The position numbers were made by a program, and so were the translations under genes. Under the pieces are notes generated by a model, which made no database searches, was not told the DNA's origin, and worked only from the letters and a program-made list of their open reading frames with translations. Below are positions 1-9,581 of a stretch of 64,000 bases of DNA, in pieces (within the stretch, counting starts at the first letter, position 1; each line of letters begins with the position of its first letter). This stretch comes from Planctomycetota bacterium. GTDB taxonomy: Bacteria > Planctomycetota > UBA8742 > UBA2392. The DNA lies in assembly GCA_027493625.1 (NCBI GenBank), contig JAOSKM010000001.1, positions 382,416-446,415 of the forward strand. Reading direction: 5' to 3'.

Positions 1-141
1 CGGTTTTTGAAGTCCTTTGTCTTCGAAACTGCCGGGTTGATCGCGTACCTCTTGCTGGGCAAGCCCGTACGAGGCCAAGGCGTCAGCATCCTGCACGTCA
101 GCGTTGGCCCCAAAGCGCTGGCGTAATCCGAGTGGCTTTAG

Positions 142-262
142 CATCGCGCAGAGAACGCTGAGACCGCAGAGAACCGCGTTGCTCTGCACGCCCTGTGTTC
201 TCTGCGTGAAGATTGCAGTTGCAGTTCTTTGCGGCCTTCGCGAACCTTAGCGCCTTCGCGTG
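142..262. repeat. ~120-bp dispersed composite repeat, copy 1
   Basis: catcgcgcagagaacgctgagaccgcagag...gcagttgcagt...ccttcgcgaaccttagcgccttcgcgtg is near-identical to 821-940. Confidence 0.8.
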
Positions 263-284
263 TTGCTGTTTTCGGAGGGTTCAC

Positions 285-764
285 GTGCTGAGGTACTCAG
301 GGTTAGCGTGTTTGCTGTTGCTGGCCGGTTGTGTGTCCACACAGTCAGCATCAGATCGGACTCAACCGGAAGCGCCTGAAGTCGTGGCTCGCTTCGTCGC
401 AGTTGTTTGCAAAGACTTGCTCTCGAAATCCGAGGGCGAGCTTCCTCGGCTTGACCATCTCGATAGCAATGGAAGGGTTCGAGTTGTTTTACCTGCTCAC
501 CTGCGGGACTCATTCATGCAGTCGGCGGCGGATCTTCGGATTGAGTTGGAACGAGTTGTCATGGTGGAAGAAAGTTCCACACGGGAACTCGACGAGCCTT
601 ACCTGACGTTTTCAACCGAGCGCACCGAGTGGGGGCTATGGTTCAAGTGCCTCGCGCGCGAGAAGCGGGGTGACAAGCCAAGCTCCGCTGACGGTTGGTC
701 TGAGTCGTTCTGGGTGACCAACGAAGGCATCAGCTTCCACTACTGCTATTCAAACGTCTCCTAA
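285..764 (+). CDS. hypothetical lipoprotein
   Basis: GGAGGG RBS before GTG at 285; lipobox LLLLAGC; lower GC than neighbouring genes. Confidence 0.7.
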   Translation: MLRYSGLACLLLLAGCVSTQSASDRTQPEAPEVVARFVAVVCKDLLSKSEGELPRLDHLDSNGRVRVVLPAHLRDSFMQSAADLRIELERVVMVEESSTRELDEPYLTFSTERTEWGLWFKCLAREKRGDKPSSADGWSESFWVTNEGISFHYCYSNVS

Positions 765-820
765 GCGTTGAACTGCAGTTACCAAGAAGTTGGTCCACCC
801 ACTGCTTCAGAACACAAAAT

Positions 821-940
821 CATCGCACAGAGAGCGCTGAGACCGCAGAGAGCGGCCTTCTCTGTGTCCTCCGCGCTCTCTGCGCGAGGAAAGCAGTTGC
901 AGTGCTTCGCGCCCTTCGCGAACCTTGGCGCCTTCGCGTG
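821..940. repeat. ~120-bp dispersed composite repeat, copy 2
   Basis: Direct repeat of 142-262; a partial inverted relative lies at ~33991-34027. Confidence 0.8.
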
Positions 941-961
941 AATGCTGTTCAAGAAGGAGCC

Positions 962-1103
962 ATGTCCGGCAAGCTGGAACAGTCGAAGATTGATGGCGCG
1001 CATGCGTTGCTGGCGTCGATGGTGGGGGAGTGGCGCGGCGCGGACCTGGTTTGAGCCGGGCAAGCTGGCCGACGAGTCGCCGATCGCGGGCTCCATCCGC
1101 TGG
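962..1103 (+). pseudogene. truncated duplicate of the 5' end of the DUF1579-like gene at 3557
   Basis: atgtccggcaagctggaacagtcgaag...gacgagtcgccgat matches 3557-~3703; a 5-bp deletion causes a frameshift and early TGA. Confidence 0.85.
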
Positions 1104-1203
1104 CCTGCCCGACGTAGCGTTGGCGGAGTCGGGAAGCGAATGCCACTCGACTGCGGGTGTTGGTGTCTCCGCTGCATGTTAGGCTGCCTGCACAGGAGGA
1201 CAC

Positions 1204-1359
1204 ATGTCCAGCAAACGCTTCGGCAAGAAGCCCAAGAAGGTCAAAGCGAAGGCCGACAAGGACGGCACGGAAAGCACACCCGAAGAGAAGAAGTCGGTGC
1301 CCGCGCCCAAGGCCGCCAAGTTCGCCCAGAAACACTTCCAACGCCGCACATCGGGATGA
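1204..1359 (+). CDS. small Lys-rich hypothetical protein (51 aa, MSSKRFGKKPKKVKAK...)
   Basis: AGGAGG RBS, ATG, GC3-rich codon usage; shorter than the ORFs listed in the track. Confidence 0.7.
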   Translation: MSSKRFGKKPKKVKAKADKDGTESTPEEKKSVPAPKAAKFAQKHFQRRTSG

Positions 1360-1440
1360 CGCAGGTGGTCATCGTCAGCAGCGCTTTGGAAACTTCTGAC
1401 TGATTCCGCGGGGCGGTCGTAACATGCAGCGGGGTTGAAC

Positions 1441-3544
1441 ATGAAGCGTCCGGTCTGGCTGCTGCTGTTACTGCTTGTGGTCCTGCTGCTGGGCGGGGTC
1501 GGGTTACTGATCCTTGATTTCGGCGGCTCGGCGCCGGGCACATCCAAGGGCGCCGGCCAGCAGGTTCCGACCGCACTTGCCGGGCTTGATCCATCCGCCG
1601 AAGCCTCAGGCAACGCGGCCGTCAGTGACCCGTTGTCGGGAACGGGAACCGGCGCCGGAAACGGCAGCGCCTCCGACGGCACAAGGGCCGACAGCACTTC
1701 TGCAAATCAGGCCGCGCCGGAAACAGTTCGTCCGGACAAGCCCGCCCCGGAAGACACCAGCCGGGTTGAGAGCCCGCCCCAGCAGGGAAGAGACCAACCC
1801 CGCCTCGGTCGGCAGGCAGCCGAAGGCGCAGATCGGCGGCGAAGGGCGCGTCATCGAGCACTGGGCCACCCGCCTGGAGATGAACGCCGATGGCAGTCTG
1901 GCCGCCACGTTTGGCCCCGATGAAGTTGTGCTGTGGTCGCCCGACAGCACCAAGCCCCTGTGGCGCCAGCCCTGCCACCATGACTACACCGCGCCCGGAG
2001 CCTTCAGTCCCGATGGCAAGCAGCTCGCGTGTACGACTGACAAGGGGCACGCGGCCTTGCGCAACTGCGTCGATGGCTCACTGGCCTGGAGCCGCGAACA
2101 GGACTCCCATCCCACCGCGATCTGTTTCCGCCCGGGCGGCGAACACCTGTTCGTGGGCTGTTTCAACGGAAGCGTCATCGAACTGAACGCGGCCGATGGT
2201 TCGCAGGTGCGCGAGGTTGCGAAGCTGGAGACGGAAGTGTCCAGCCTCGCGTTCGAGCCTGCCCAGGAGCTGCTGGTCGCCTGCACCGGAATCGGTGTCC
2301 ACACGATTGACCGGGGCGGCGAGGTAAAACTGATCTTCGAGGGAGGCAGTTTCTCGGACGGCATTGCGCTGAGCCAGGACGGCCGCAAGCTTGTCCACGC
2401 GGAGGAAGGGGGCCTGTTCAAGCTGCGTCAGCTCTCGGATGGCACGGTGCTGAAGCAGTATGAAGCCGGCGGCGAGCGCACCGTGTACCGGCCCGCGCCG
2501 GCCGGCACGGGTTACGCGTTGCTGCGCATCCGCGACCAGATAGGGGTGTCACTGCAGCTTTGGGACATAGAGGCATTCGAAGCGATCCACAGCATCCAGC
2601 TCGACTTTGTGTTGAGCGCCGCGGCGAGCGCGGACGGGCGTCGTGCCGTGACCTGCAGCTTCGCCAAGGTCATCAGGTTCTGGAGCCTGGAGGGCGGGCG
2701 CATACGTGCACTCGATCCGGACTGGCTGAAACCGCTGTATGCGGAATGGATGCCCGATGGGCGGCGGCTGCTTGTCGGAGACCTGGACGGCAAGGTCTCG
2801 ATCCGCGATGCGGACACCCTGTCGGAGCTCGAGTCTTTCCGCACCGGCGAAAAGGCCGCTGAGGGCATGCTGCTCTCGCCTCGCGGCGACAAGCTGCTGG
2901 TGGTCGACTCCGCGCGCCGACCCTGGCTTTGGGATCTTGCCACCCGCGAGCGCGTGGCACTGGGAGACAAGGCGGACTCGAGCCTGGCGCAGTTCGCGGC
3001 AGACGGTTCGCGCCTGTACCTGGCGGTGGACGGCAAGATTGAGTCCTTCGATGCATCAGACGGAGCAAAGCTTGCCACCATCCGGGACGACTGGCAGGCG
3101 TCCGCGTTCCGTGTCAGCCCGGATGGCCTGCGAATCGTGATTTGCGGAAAGGACGTTCGCATCTACCCGCTGCCCATGCAGGGTGAAGGTGAGGTGATTG
3201 TGGAGCGGCGGAATGACTTCTTCGACGTCGAGTTTTCTCAGGATGGCACCCAGCTCGCCATCTGCAACACCAGCGACCTGCTGCTGTGGGATGTCGGGCG
3301 CGGTGAGCTCAGCCATAGCATCAAGGGCGCCGTGGCCATGGTGAGGTTCAATCCGCGCGGTGACGAGTTCATCTGCATGGACTTCAATGCCATCCTGTAC
3401 CGGTGCAACTCCGATGGCAGCTTGATCGAAAAACTCGGCGGTGCGCCCGACGTCTCAGTCAACATTTCCTGGTCGCCCGACGGGACCCGCGTGATGGCGG
3501 CCGGCTTCGGCGAAAGCGTGAAGATCTGGGACCTGCGAGATTGA
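1441..3544 (+). CDS. membrane-anchored WD40 beta-propeller protein (apparent +1 frameshift near 1777-1787)
   Basis: N-terminal TM segment in the 1435 frame; WD40 repeats (FSPDG, LWD, SWSPDG, VKIWD) in the 1514 frame; the frames join at a C/G run. Confidence 0.75.
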
Positions 3545-3556
3545 ACTGGAGAGACC

Positions 3557-4069
3557 ATGTCCGGCAAGCTGGAACAGTCGAAGAAAGACGGCGCGCATGC
3601 GTTGCTGGCCTCGATGGTGGGGGAGTGGCGGGGCGTGGCGCGTACCTGGTTTGAGCCGGGCAAGCTGGCGGACGAGTCGCCGATTGCGGGCTCCACGCGG
3701 CTGGTGCTGGACGGCCTGTTCCTGCTGCACGAGTACGAGGGTGCGCTGCAAGACGCGCCCATGAAGGGTATCGCGATCATTGGCTACTCACTGGCCGAGC
3801 AGCAGTGGCAGGTGTCCTGGATCGACAGCGTCCACAACGGCACGCGCATCATGCACAGCAAGGGTCAGACCCCTTTTTCGCTTGCGAAAAAGGGGTCTGA
3901 CCCTCTCTCTGTTATAGGCAGCTACCCGGCCGGCGAAGGCCCCGACTGGGGCTGGCGCACGACGCTTGAGCTGCGCGGCCGCGACAACCTGGTGATCACC
4001 CACTACAACATCACGCCCGACGGCGAAGAGTCCATCGGCGTGGAGATCGACTACAAGCGGGTGGTTTAG
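3557..4069 (+). CDS. DUF1579-like protein
   Basis: GEWRG...W.DS.H.GT.IM...WGWRT motif pattern; RBS GGAGA. Confidence 0.75.
   Translation: MSGKLEQSKKDGAHALLASMVGEWRGVARTWFEPGKLADESPIAGSTRLVLDGLFLLHEYEGALQDAPMKGIAIIGYSLAEQQWQVSWIDSVHNGTRIMHSKGQTPFSLAKKGSDPLSVIGSYPAGEGPDWGWRTTLELRGRDNLVITHYNITPDGEESIGVEIDYKRVV
3861..3904. repeat. perfect 21-bp inverted repeat in frame within the CDS
   Basis: agggtcagacccctttttcgc-tt-gcgaaaaaggggtctgaccct. Confidence 0.9.
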
Positions 4070-4461
4070 CTGCGGGGCCGGATCATGCCCGGCATGGCCT
4101 TCATCAGATCGTCTTTGGTGGTTGCTGAGTCCGCTACCTTCATCACCAGCTCGAACAACTCGTCCGCAATGACACTGAACTCAAACCCGTTCACGTCAAG
4201 AAACACCGCGCAACTCAAGATCGCTACGCGCTTGTTGCCATCGACGAACGCGTACGCCTGGCACAGGTGAAACAGATACGCCGCTGCCATTTCCGCCAAT
4301 GTGGGGTGCAGATATACGCCGCCAAACATGGCTTGCGGCATCGCCACGGCTGAATCCAGCAGCGCCGCATCGCGCAGGCCCGGCGCGCCGCCTTCGTGCC
4401 GGATGGTGTCGGCATGGAGGGCGAGCACGTCGTCCACGGAAAGGAAGATGATGTTCTGCAT
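4066..4461 (-). CDS. doc: death-on-curing (Doc/Fic) family toxin with His-to-Tyr in the catalytic motif
   Basis: GLRD..LL.SA...P and YAFVDGNKR (canonical HxFxDGNKR). Confidence 0.9.
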   Translation of the reverse strand: MQNIIFLSVDDVLALHADTIRHEGGAPGLRDAALLDSAVAMPQAMFGGVYLHPTLAEMAAAYLFHLCQAYAFVDGNKRVAILSCAVFLDVNGFEFSVIADELFELVMKVADSATTKDDLMKAMPGMIRPRS

Positions 4462-4688
4462 CACTCAGCCAGCCGCTTGAGCACAGAACTGTAGCGCTTG
4501 CGGAACCGAGCCACTGCGTCGGTGCGCTGTTTCTCAGTCAGCCCGACGTTGACAGGTGAAATCACAAGGCTGCCGTTGTGAACGGTGACGTTCACCTGAT
4601 CGCCGATCTTCGCGTGAATCATCTCAAGCAGCGCGAGGTCGAGAGTGATGGCCGCGCTGTTTCCGGATTTGGTGATCTTCTTGATCAT
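4461..4688 (-). CDS. AbrB/MazE-family antitoxin
   Basis: KITKSGNSAAITL swapped-hairpin motif; overlaps the doc start. Confidence 0.85.
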   Translation of the reverse strand: MIKKITKSGNSAAITLDLALLEMIHAKIGDQVNVTVHNGSLVISPVNVGLTEKQRTDAVARFRKRYSSVLKRLAE

Positions 4689-4740
4689 GCTTCACCTCGT
4701 CATTACATCGTAATGACGACGCGAGCCCTTGTAAATGGGG

Positions 4741-4902
4741 CTATTCCTCGCAGTGACGGGTGATGATCAGGCGGTTGCCTTCGACCGTGAACTGGACTTC
4801 GTCGCCGGCCTTGCATTCGAGCGCCTTGAGCAACGCCTCGTCGATCGGCAGGAAGTACTCGTCGCCGATGCGCGTGATGGTTGCCGTGGCCGTGAGTTCC
4901 AT
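4741..4902 (-). CDS. second short AbrB/MazE-like DNA-binding protein (53 aa)
   Basis: ITRIGDEYFLPIDEALLKALECKAGDEVQFTVEGNRLII; GAGG RBS before ATG 4902. Confidence 0.7.
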   Translation of the reverse strand: MELTATATITRIGDEYFLPIDEALLKALECKAGDEVQFTVEGNRLIITRHCEE

Positions 4903-5122
4903 GTCGTCCTCTGCACTGAAACGTTCGGCCCGCCCGAAAAGTTCCAGCAACTGACACTCCAGCTCATTAGTACGCTTCAGCCCGAGATTCTTACGTGAGC
5001 CTTTGATGAATACGCTTCGAGGCAATGTGGATGAAGTGTGCAAAAGGCGGCACGGGTAGGCCAAACGCGTACCCAGCCCCTAAACCCTGACACCTGAAAC
5101 CTCGCCCCTGTAACCTGTCCCC

Positions 5123-6085
5123 ATGCCCATCGGCATCGACTGGGGTGGCACCTCCATCAAGGCCGCGATCGTGGACGGCGCGGCCGTGCGCGGCTTTGCG
5201 CGCATCGAAACCAGTGGCGAGCCGGCCGCGATCCTCGACGCCATCGCCGGCCTGGTGCGCGTGCTGGACCCCCGCACCGAGAGCGTCGGCGTCGCGATCC
5301 CGGGCGAAGTACGGCCGGACGGGCGCTGCTGGCGGCTGCCCAACGTGCCGGGTTTTGAGGACGTCAACATCGGCGCCGAGCTGCACGCGCGATTGAACCT
5401 GCCCATCGGCGTCGAGAACGACGCCACCGCAGCGGCGCTGGCCGAGCGGCTGTACGGCTGGGGCAACCAGTACGGCAGCTTCCTGCTGGTCACGCTGGGC
5501 ACCGGCATCGGCGGCGGGCTGGTGCTGGACGGCCACGTGCGCCGCGGCACGGGCGGCTTCGCGGGCGAGATCGGCCACGTGCTGGTGGAAAGCGGCGAGC
5601 AGGCCTGGACCTGCGGCTGCGGCAAGCGCGGCTGCATGGAGGCTTACGCGGGCATCGCCGGCCTGCTCAGAAAGTATGCGGCCGTTAAGGGGTCAGACTC
5701 TCTTTTCGGAACGAAAAGAGGGTCTGACCCCCTCAGCGCTGCAAGTGCGACTGAAGAAGAAGGGACGAAAAGAGGGTTTGACCCCTTTCCCCGCACCATC
5801 AAGGAGATCGCGGACGCCGACGACGCCGGCACACAGGCCGTCTGGCAGCAGCTGGGCTGGGCGCTGGGCACAGGCCTGGGCGTGATCAACAACGTGCTGG
5901 ACCTGGACGCCATCGTGTTCACCGGCGGCGTAGCCAACTCGCTGAGCCGCTTCGAAGCCTTGATCCGCAAGGCCATGCAGGCCCGTGCCTTCGCCCCGCC
6001 GCTGGCGCAACTGCCCCTGCTGACCAGCCGCCTCGGCGAACAAGCCGGTGTAATAGGCGCCGCGCACCTGCCCGCGGCGAAGTGA
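5123..6085 (+). CDS. ROK family sugar kinase (glucokinase-like)
   Basis: IGIDWGGT, ENDA, TLGTGIGGG, GEIGH, CGCGKRGCME motifs. Confidence 0.92.
   Translation: MPIGIDWGGTSIKAAIVDGAAVRGFARIETSGEPAAILDAIAGLVRVLDPRTESVGVAIPGEVRPDGRCWRLPNVPGFEDVNIGAELHARLNLPIGVENDATAAALAERLYGWGNQYGSFLLVTLGTGIGGGLVLDGHVRRGTGGFAGEIGHVLVESGEQAWTCGCGKRGCMEAYAGIAGLLRKYAAVKGSDSLFGTKRGSDPLSAASATEEEGTKRGFDPFPRTIKEIADADDAGTQAVWQQLGWALGTGLGVINNVLDLDAIVFTGGVANSLSRFEALIRKAMQARAFAPPLAQLPLLTSRLGEQAGVIGAAHLPAAK
5689..5785. repeat. GGGGTCAGAC/GTCTGACCCC palindromic element in frame within the ROK gene
   Basis: 20-bp inverted arms at 5689-5708 and 5712-5731 (1 mismatch) plus a third arm at 5766-5785; same family as 3861-3904. Confidence 0.85.
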
Positions 6086-6159
6086 TTGCCTTTGCAACCA
6101 TCCCTTGGTTTGATAGGTCTCCGCAACGCGAAGCAATCCTGATACCAACCGGGGGAAAT

Positions 6160-9100
6160 ATGTCGAAGCTTGCCTGGCCGGCCCTGCTGGCGGTGTTGTG
6201 TCTCATGGTCAGCAGCTTCCCGGACGCGCCTGCGCCCGTGCGCGCCGAGGACGAGCCGAAGAGCAAGGCCACCGACCGGCGCCCCATCAACGACCAGATG
6301 AGCTTCGATGAAGCGCGCGCCGCCATCGACAAGGCGGCCCGGGGCGATGACGAGGCGCTGCAGAAGCTGAAGGATGGCCGGCTGGCGTACGTGCCGCTGC
6401 TGATCCGCGACCGGCGCGGCGTCAACCTGGCCTACCAGCTGCTGCGCGAAGACATCGGCTGGGTGCGTGACATGCAGCGCTGGGAGGTGGCGCTCGGCAG
6501 TCTCAGCCCCAAGCTGATCGAGGACACTTACCGCGAACTGGCAGACCGCTTCCACCATGCCGAGGGCCAGCTTGCGCGCGCCTACATCAAGGCCTGGCAG
6601 CTCGGCGACTACGAGTGCGCGGGCAGGCTGGCGGGCGTGGCGCCGAAAAGCGGCTGGGTCCAGGCGGCACAGGCCTGGGTGGGTGCGATCAGCGAGCCGG
6701 CCGCGCGCGTCGAGGCGCTGCTGGGCCTGGAGCAGGAGATCTGGCTGGTCACCGACCTGTCGTACAGCATCTCGGTCGGCCGACTCGACGACGAGGTGCA
6801 GCGAATCCCTTTCGGCACCAACCAGTACGCCAGGGCGGAGGTGCCCCTGTTCTACGGCTCCGGTGGCGCAAGCGCGCTGTTGACGGTCCCCGTTGAATGG
6901 ATGTTCGGGGCGTACTTCGAGAAACTGGGCATCCTGACGCACGACCTGCCGCGCAAGCAGCGCGACGAGGTGATCGCGCGTGTGGAAAAGCTGACGGAGG
7001 GGGCCGCCTCCGGTTCGCGCCGCACCTCGTTCATGTACGGCGCGTTGTACGGGGAGAAACAGAGCAAGTACGAAGTGAACTTCGCGCTCACCCACGTCGC
7101 GCGCTGCACGCCCTGCATGGCGTACGCCGAGAACAACTACAAGGATCAGCCGCTGCCCCGCCGCATCAGCGCCATCTCGGCGTTCTGGGGCGCACCGGAC
7201 TGGGCGCCGGCCCAGGACCTGCTGCTGGACGAGGCCGTCCGTTCGGGCGACGAGACCTTCCTGCGCCTGGCGTCGCGCGCCGTGCTGTGCGTGAACGACG
7301 ACCGGCTGCGGGCAGTCAACTCGGTGGCACGGGCGCTGCGCGGCGCAAAAACGCTGGCGGATGAGCGCAAAGCCTTTGCCAGGGCGCTCAAGGACAGCAA
7401 GCACAAACAGTTGCAGGGCGTGGCCGCCTTCCTTGACGGCACCGGCAAGCTGCCCGCTGACAACGGCAACCCGGTCCTCAAGCTGACGACAGAGCAGAAG
7501 AGCGCGCTGCTGAAGCCCTTCCTGTACCCCGAGGAGATCACGGCCTACGGCGGCGAGCAGGCTGCCTACTTCATGAACCTCAGCCAGTTCCTGTTCGCCC
7601 AGCACCGCGTGATCGCGGCGATGGAGGCCGCTGCGCTCAGCATCGAGGCTGCCGCCAAGGGCAGCAAGCGGCGGCTGGGCCAGGCCAACGCCTACCTGAC
7701 GCACCGCACGCTGCGCCAGTTCCTGGGCCGCCAGGGCGTGAGCGAGTGGCTGGCGCCCTGGAAGGAGCGCTTCCCGCTGGCCGTCGAGATCCTGCGCAAC
7801 CAGGACCAGGCCAGGGAAGCCGCGGGCGAAGAGATTGAGGCCTCGATCTATGCCGTGGAACGCCAGTTCGGAGGCGGCGCAGAGGCCGGCGCCGAACAGC
7901 GCGAAGCCCTGGTGGAAGACGTTTCGCTGGCGGGCGGCTTCGGTGTGGCCGTGATTTCCCAGCTGGAAGGCGTTGATCTGAAGCCGAGCGAACGCGATGA
8001 GTTGCGCGAGAGGGCGGAGCTGGTCACGCCCTCGGACTGCCACCTGCACCTGTTCATGCTTCCGCAGAACGACTGGTTCGGGCGTTTCGCCTGGCGCGAC
8101 TGGACGCTCGCGGAGCACACGGTCCAGTGCCTGGCCCTGCTGCAGCCCTTCAACTGGATCACGCTGAGCCGGCTGGGCGCCGTGCTGGCCCGTGCCGGCT
8201 GCGACCCGCGCTGCATGTCGCCGCTGCTCACGCTGGCCCATGAACGCCCGATCCAGCCCTACGTCAACGGCCAGAGCGTCGCGGGCTTGCGGCTGATGCT
8301 TTTCAACCGCGGCGCCGTTTCCAACCTGCTCCGCGCCAACGCGGCCGTCAACGATCGCTTCATCTCAGACGACTGGAAGAAGTCCTACACCGCCTCGCTG
8401 GAACGCATGTCGTGGGGGCTGGACTGGTGGGACTCGATGTGCTGGGGCCCGCGCCTCTCGCCGCGGCCCGGGTTCACGGATGCGTGCTTCGATTACGAGT
8501 ACAACGCCCGCGACCGCGAGAACGTGAGCATCCTGCTCGACTACGCGCTCGAGCTGCAGGGCGTGTCGCCCAGCCGCGCGCTGAAGCTGGTGGAAGTATC
8601 CGAAAAGATCGGCGTCAGTTCCTACGGGCACTTCGTCGGCTCCCAGTCCTACATCCGCGCCAAGGCCCAGCTGGGCGACTACGCCGCCGCCATCAAGCGC
8701 TGGCGCGAATTGCGCGAAGGCGACACCGGTGTCCCCGCCTATCTCGACTACATGCTGCTCCACGGCCTGCTGGAGGGCAACCAGTGGAAGCACATCGGCG
8801 CCGCCCTCGATGAGGTCCTGGCCTACGAGCAGAACCAGGAAAGCGTGTACCTGACCTTTGCCCTGCGCCGCGCGCTGATGGCGGACGGCCGCCACTCCAA
8901 GGTCGCGGCCGTGAAGGCCCCGCACTGGGAACCGAGATCCGGCGATGCCTACGACGCAGGCAACTACACGGAAGTGTTCTACGAGGCGCGGCGGCTGTTT
9001 GAACGCGGCCAGCTGGAGGAGATCACCAGGCGTGCCAACCTGCTCTGGACCTGCGGCTGCGAGAACTCAATCGGCGTGATCCTGGATGCCATTCTGCTGA

Positions 9101-9531
9101 GGTCCCTGGCCGGCAAGCTCCAGGTCGACCGCGCGCAGTTCTTCGGACCCGACGACAAGGGCCTGCTGCACGCGGTCGCAGAAGTCGACCTGTGGTGGTT
9201 CCGCCGCAGCAACACGCTGGACTACCTTACGTTCGAGATCCTGGTCGGGCGCCGCAAGCCGGGGGACCTGCCGGCCATCAGCGACGGACTGACCTGGCAC
9301 GGCTTGCGCTTCGGTGAAAGGCCGCAGCAGTTCAAGGGTTCCGGCTTCCTGCGCGAGGGCGAAGCGCTGGCGCGCGACCGTTTCGTGCGCGGGGTGATCG
9401 CGTTCCTGGCCGACGACGAGAAGACGGCGCGTGCTGAGTTCCAGGCCTGCGTGGATGCGGACCAGCGCTGCAGCCACGAGTACCACATCGCCGAGTGGCT
9501 GCTCGACAAGCATCTGCCCAAGGGCAAGTAG
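6160..9531 (+). CDS. large secreted hypothetical protein, probably helical/TPR-like
   Basis: 1123-aa ORF with signal peptide MSKLAWPALLAVLCL; coding-like codon usage. Confidence 0.8.
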   Translation: MSKLAWPALLAVLCLMVSSFPDAPAPVRAEDEPKSKATDRRPINDQMSFDEARAAIDKAARGDDEALQKLKDGRLAYVPLLIRDRRGVNLAYQLLREDIGWVRDMQRWEVALGSLSPKLIEDTYRELADRFHHAEGQLARAYIKAWQLGDYECAGRLAGVAPKSGWVQAAQAWVGAISEPAARVEALLGLEQEIWLVTDLSYSISVGRLDDEVQRIPFGTNQYARAEVPLFYGSGGASALLTVPVEWMFGAYFEKLGILTHDLPRKQRDEVIARVEKLTEGAASGSRRTSFMYGALYGEKQSKYEVNFALTHVARCTPCMAYAENNYKDQPLPRRISAISAFWGAPDWAPAQDLLLDEAVRSGDETFLRLASRAVLCVNDDRLRAVNSVARALRGAKTLADERKAFARALKDSKHKQLQGVAAFLDGTGKLPADNGNPVLKLTTEQKSALLKPFLYPEEITAYGGEQAAYFMNLSQFLFAQHRVIAAMEAAALSIEAAAKGSKRRLGQANAYLTHRTLRQFLGRQGVSEWLAPWKERFPLAVEILRNQDQAREAAGEEIEASIYAVERQFGGGAEAGAEQREALVEDVSLAGGFGVAVISQLEGVDLKPSERDELRERAELVTPSDCHLHLFMLPQNDWFGRFAWRDWTLAEHTVQCLALLQPFNWITLSRLGAVLARAGCDPRCMSPLLTLAHERPIQPYVNGQSVAGLRLMLFNRGAVSNLLRANAAVNDRFISDDWKKSYTASLERMSWGLDWWDSMCWGPRLSPRPGFTDACFDYEYNARDRENVSILLDYALELQGVSPSRALKLVEVSEKIGVSSYGHFVGSQSYIRAKAQLGDYAAAIKRWRELREGDTGVPAYLDYMLLHGLLEGNQWKHIGAALDEVLAYEQNQESVYLTFALRRALMADGRHSKVAAVKAPHWEPRSGDAYDAGNYTEVFYEARRLFERGQLEEITRRANLLWTCGCENSIGVILDAILLRSLAGKLQVDRAQFFGPDDKGLLHAVAEVDLWWFRRSNTLDYLTFEILVGRRKPGDLPAISDGLTWHGLRFGERPQQFKGSGFLREGEALARDRFVRGVIAFLADDEKTARAEFQACVDADQRCSHEYHIAEWLLDKHLPKGK

Positions 9532-9581
9532 CCGTTGCCCGGCGCGGCCCCCGGCGGCAGGATGACCCCCGGAAGGAGAGT

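Noticed and set aside
1-141. Possible gene fragment at the window start
   Set aside because: Several frames are open but none has a recognisable motif, so strand and frame cannot be assigned
142-940. Integron attC sites
   Set aside because: No convincing RYYYAAC...GTTRRRY boundaries and no IntI gene in the window
5644-8241. 865-aa minus-strand ORF (likewise 24316-26844, 37215-39095 and most of 13816-15405)
   Set aside because: Antisense shadows of real high-GC genes with no motifs; only 13816-14157 of the last one is a real gene
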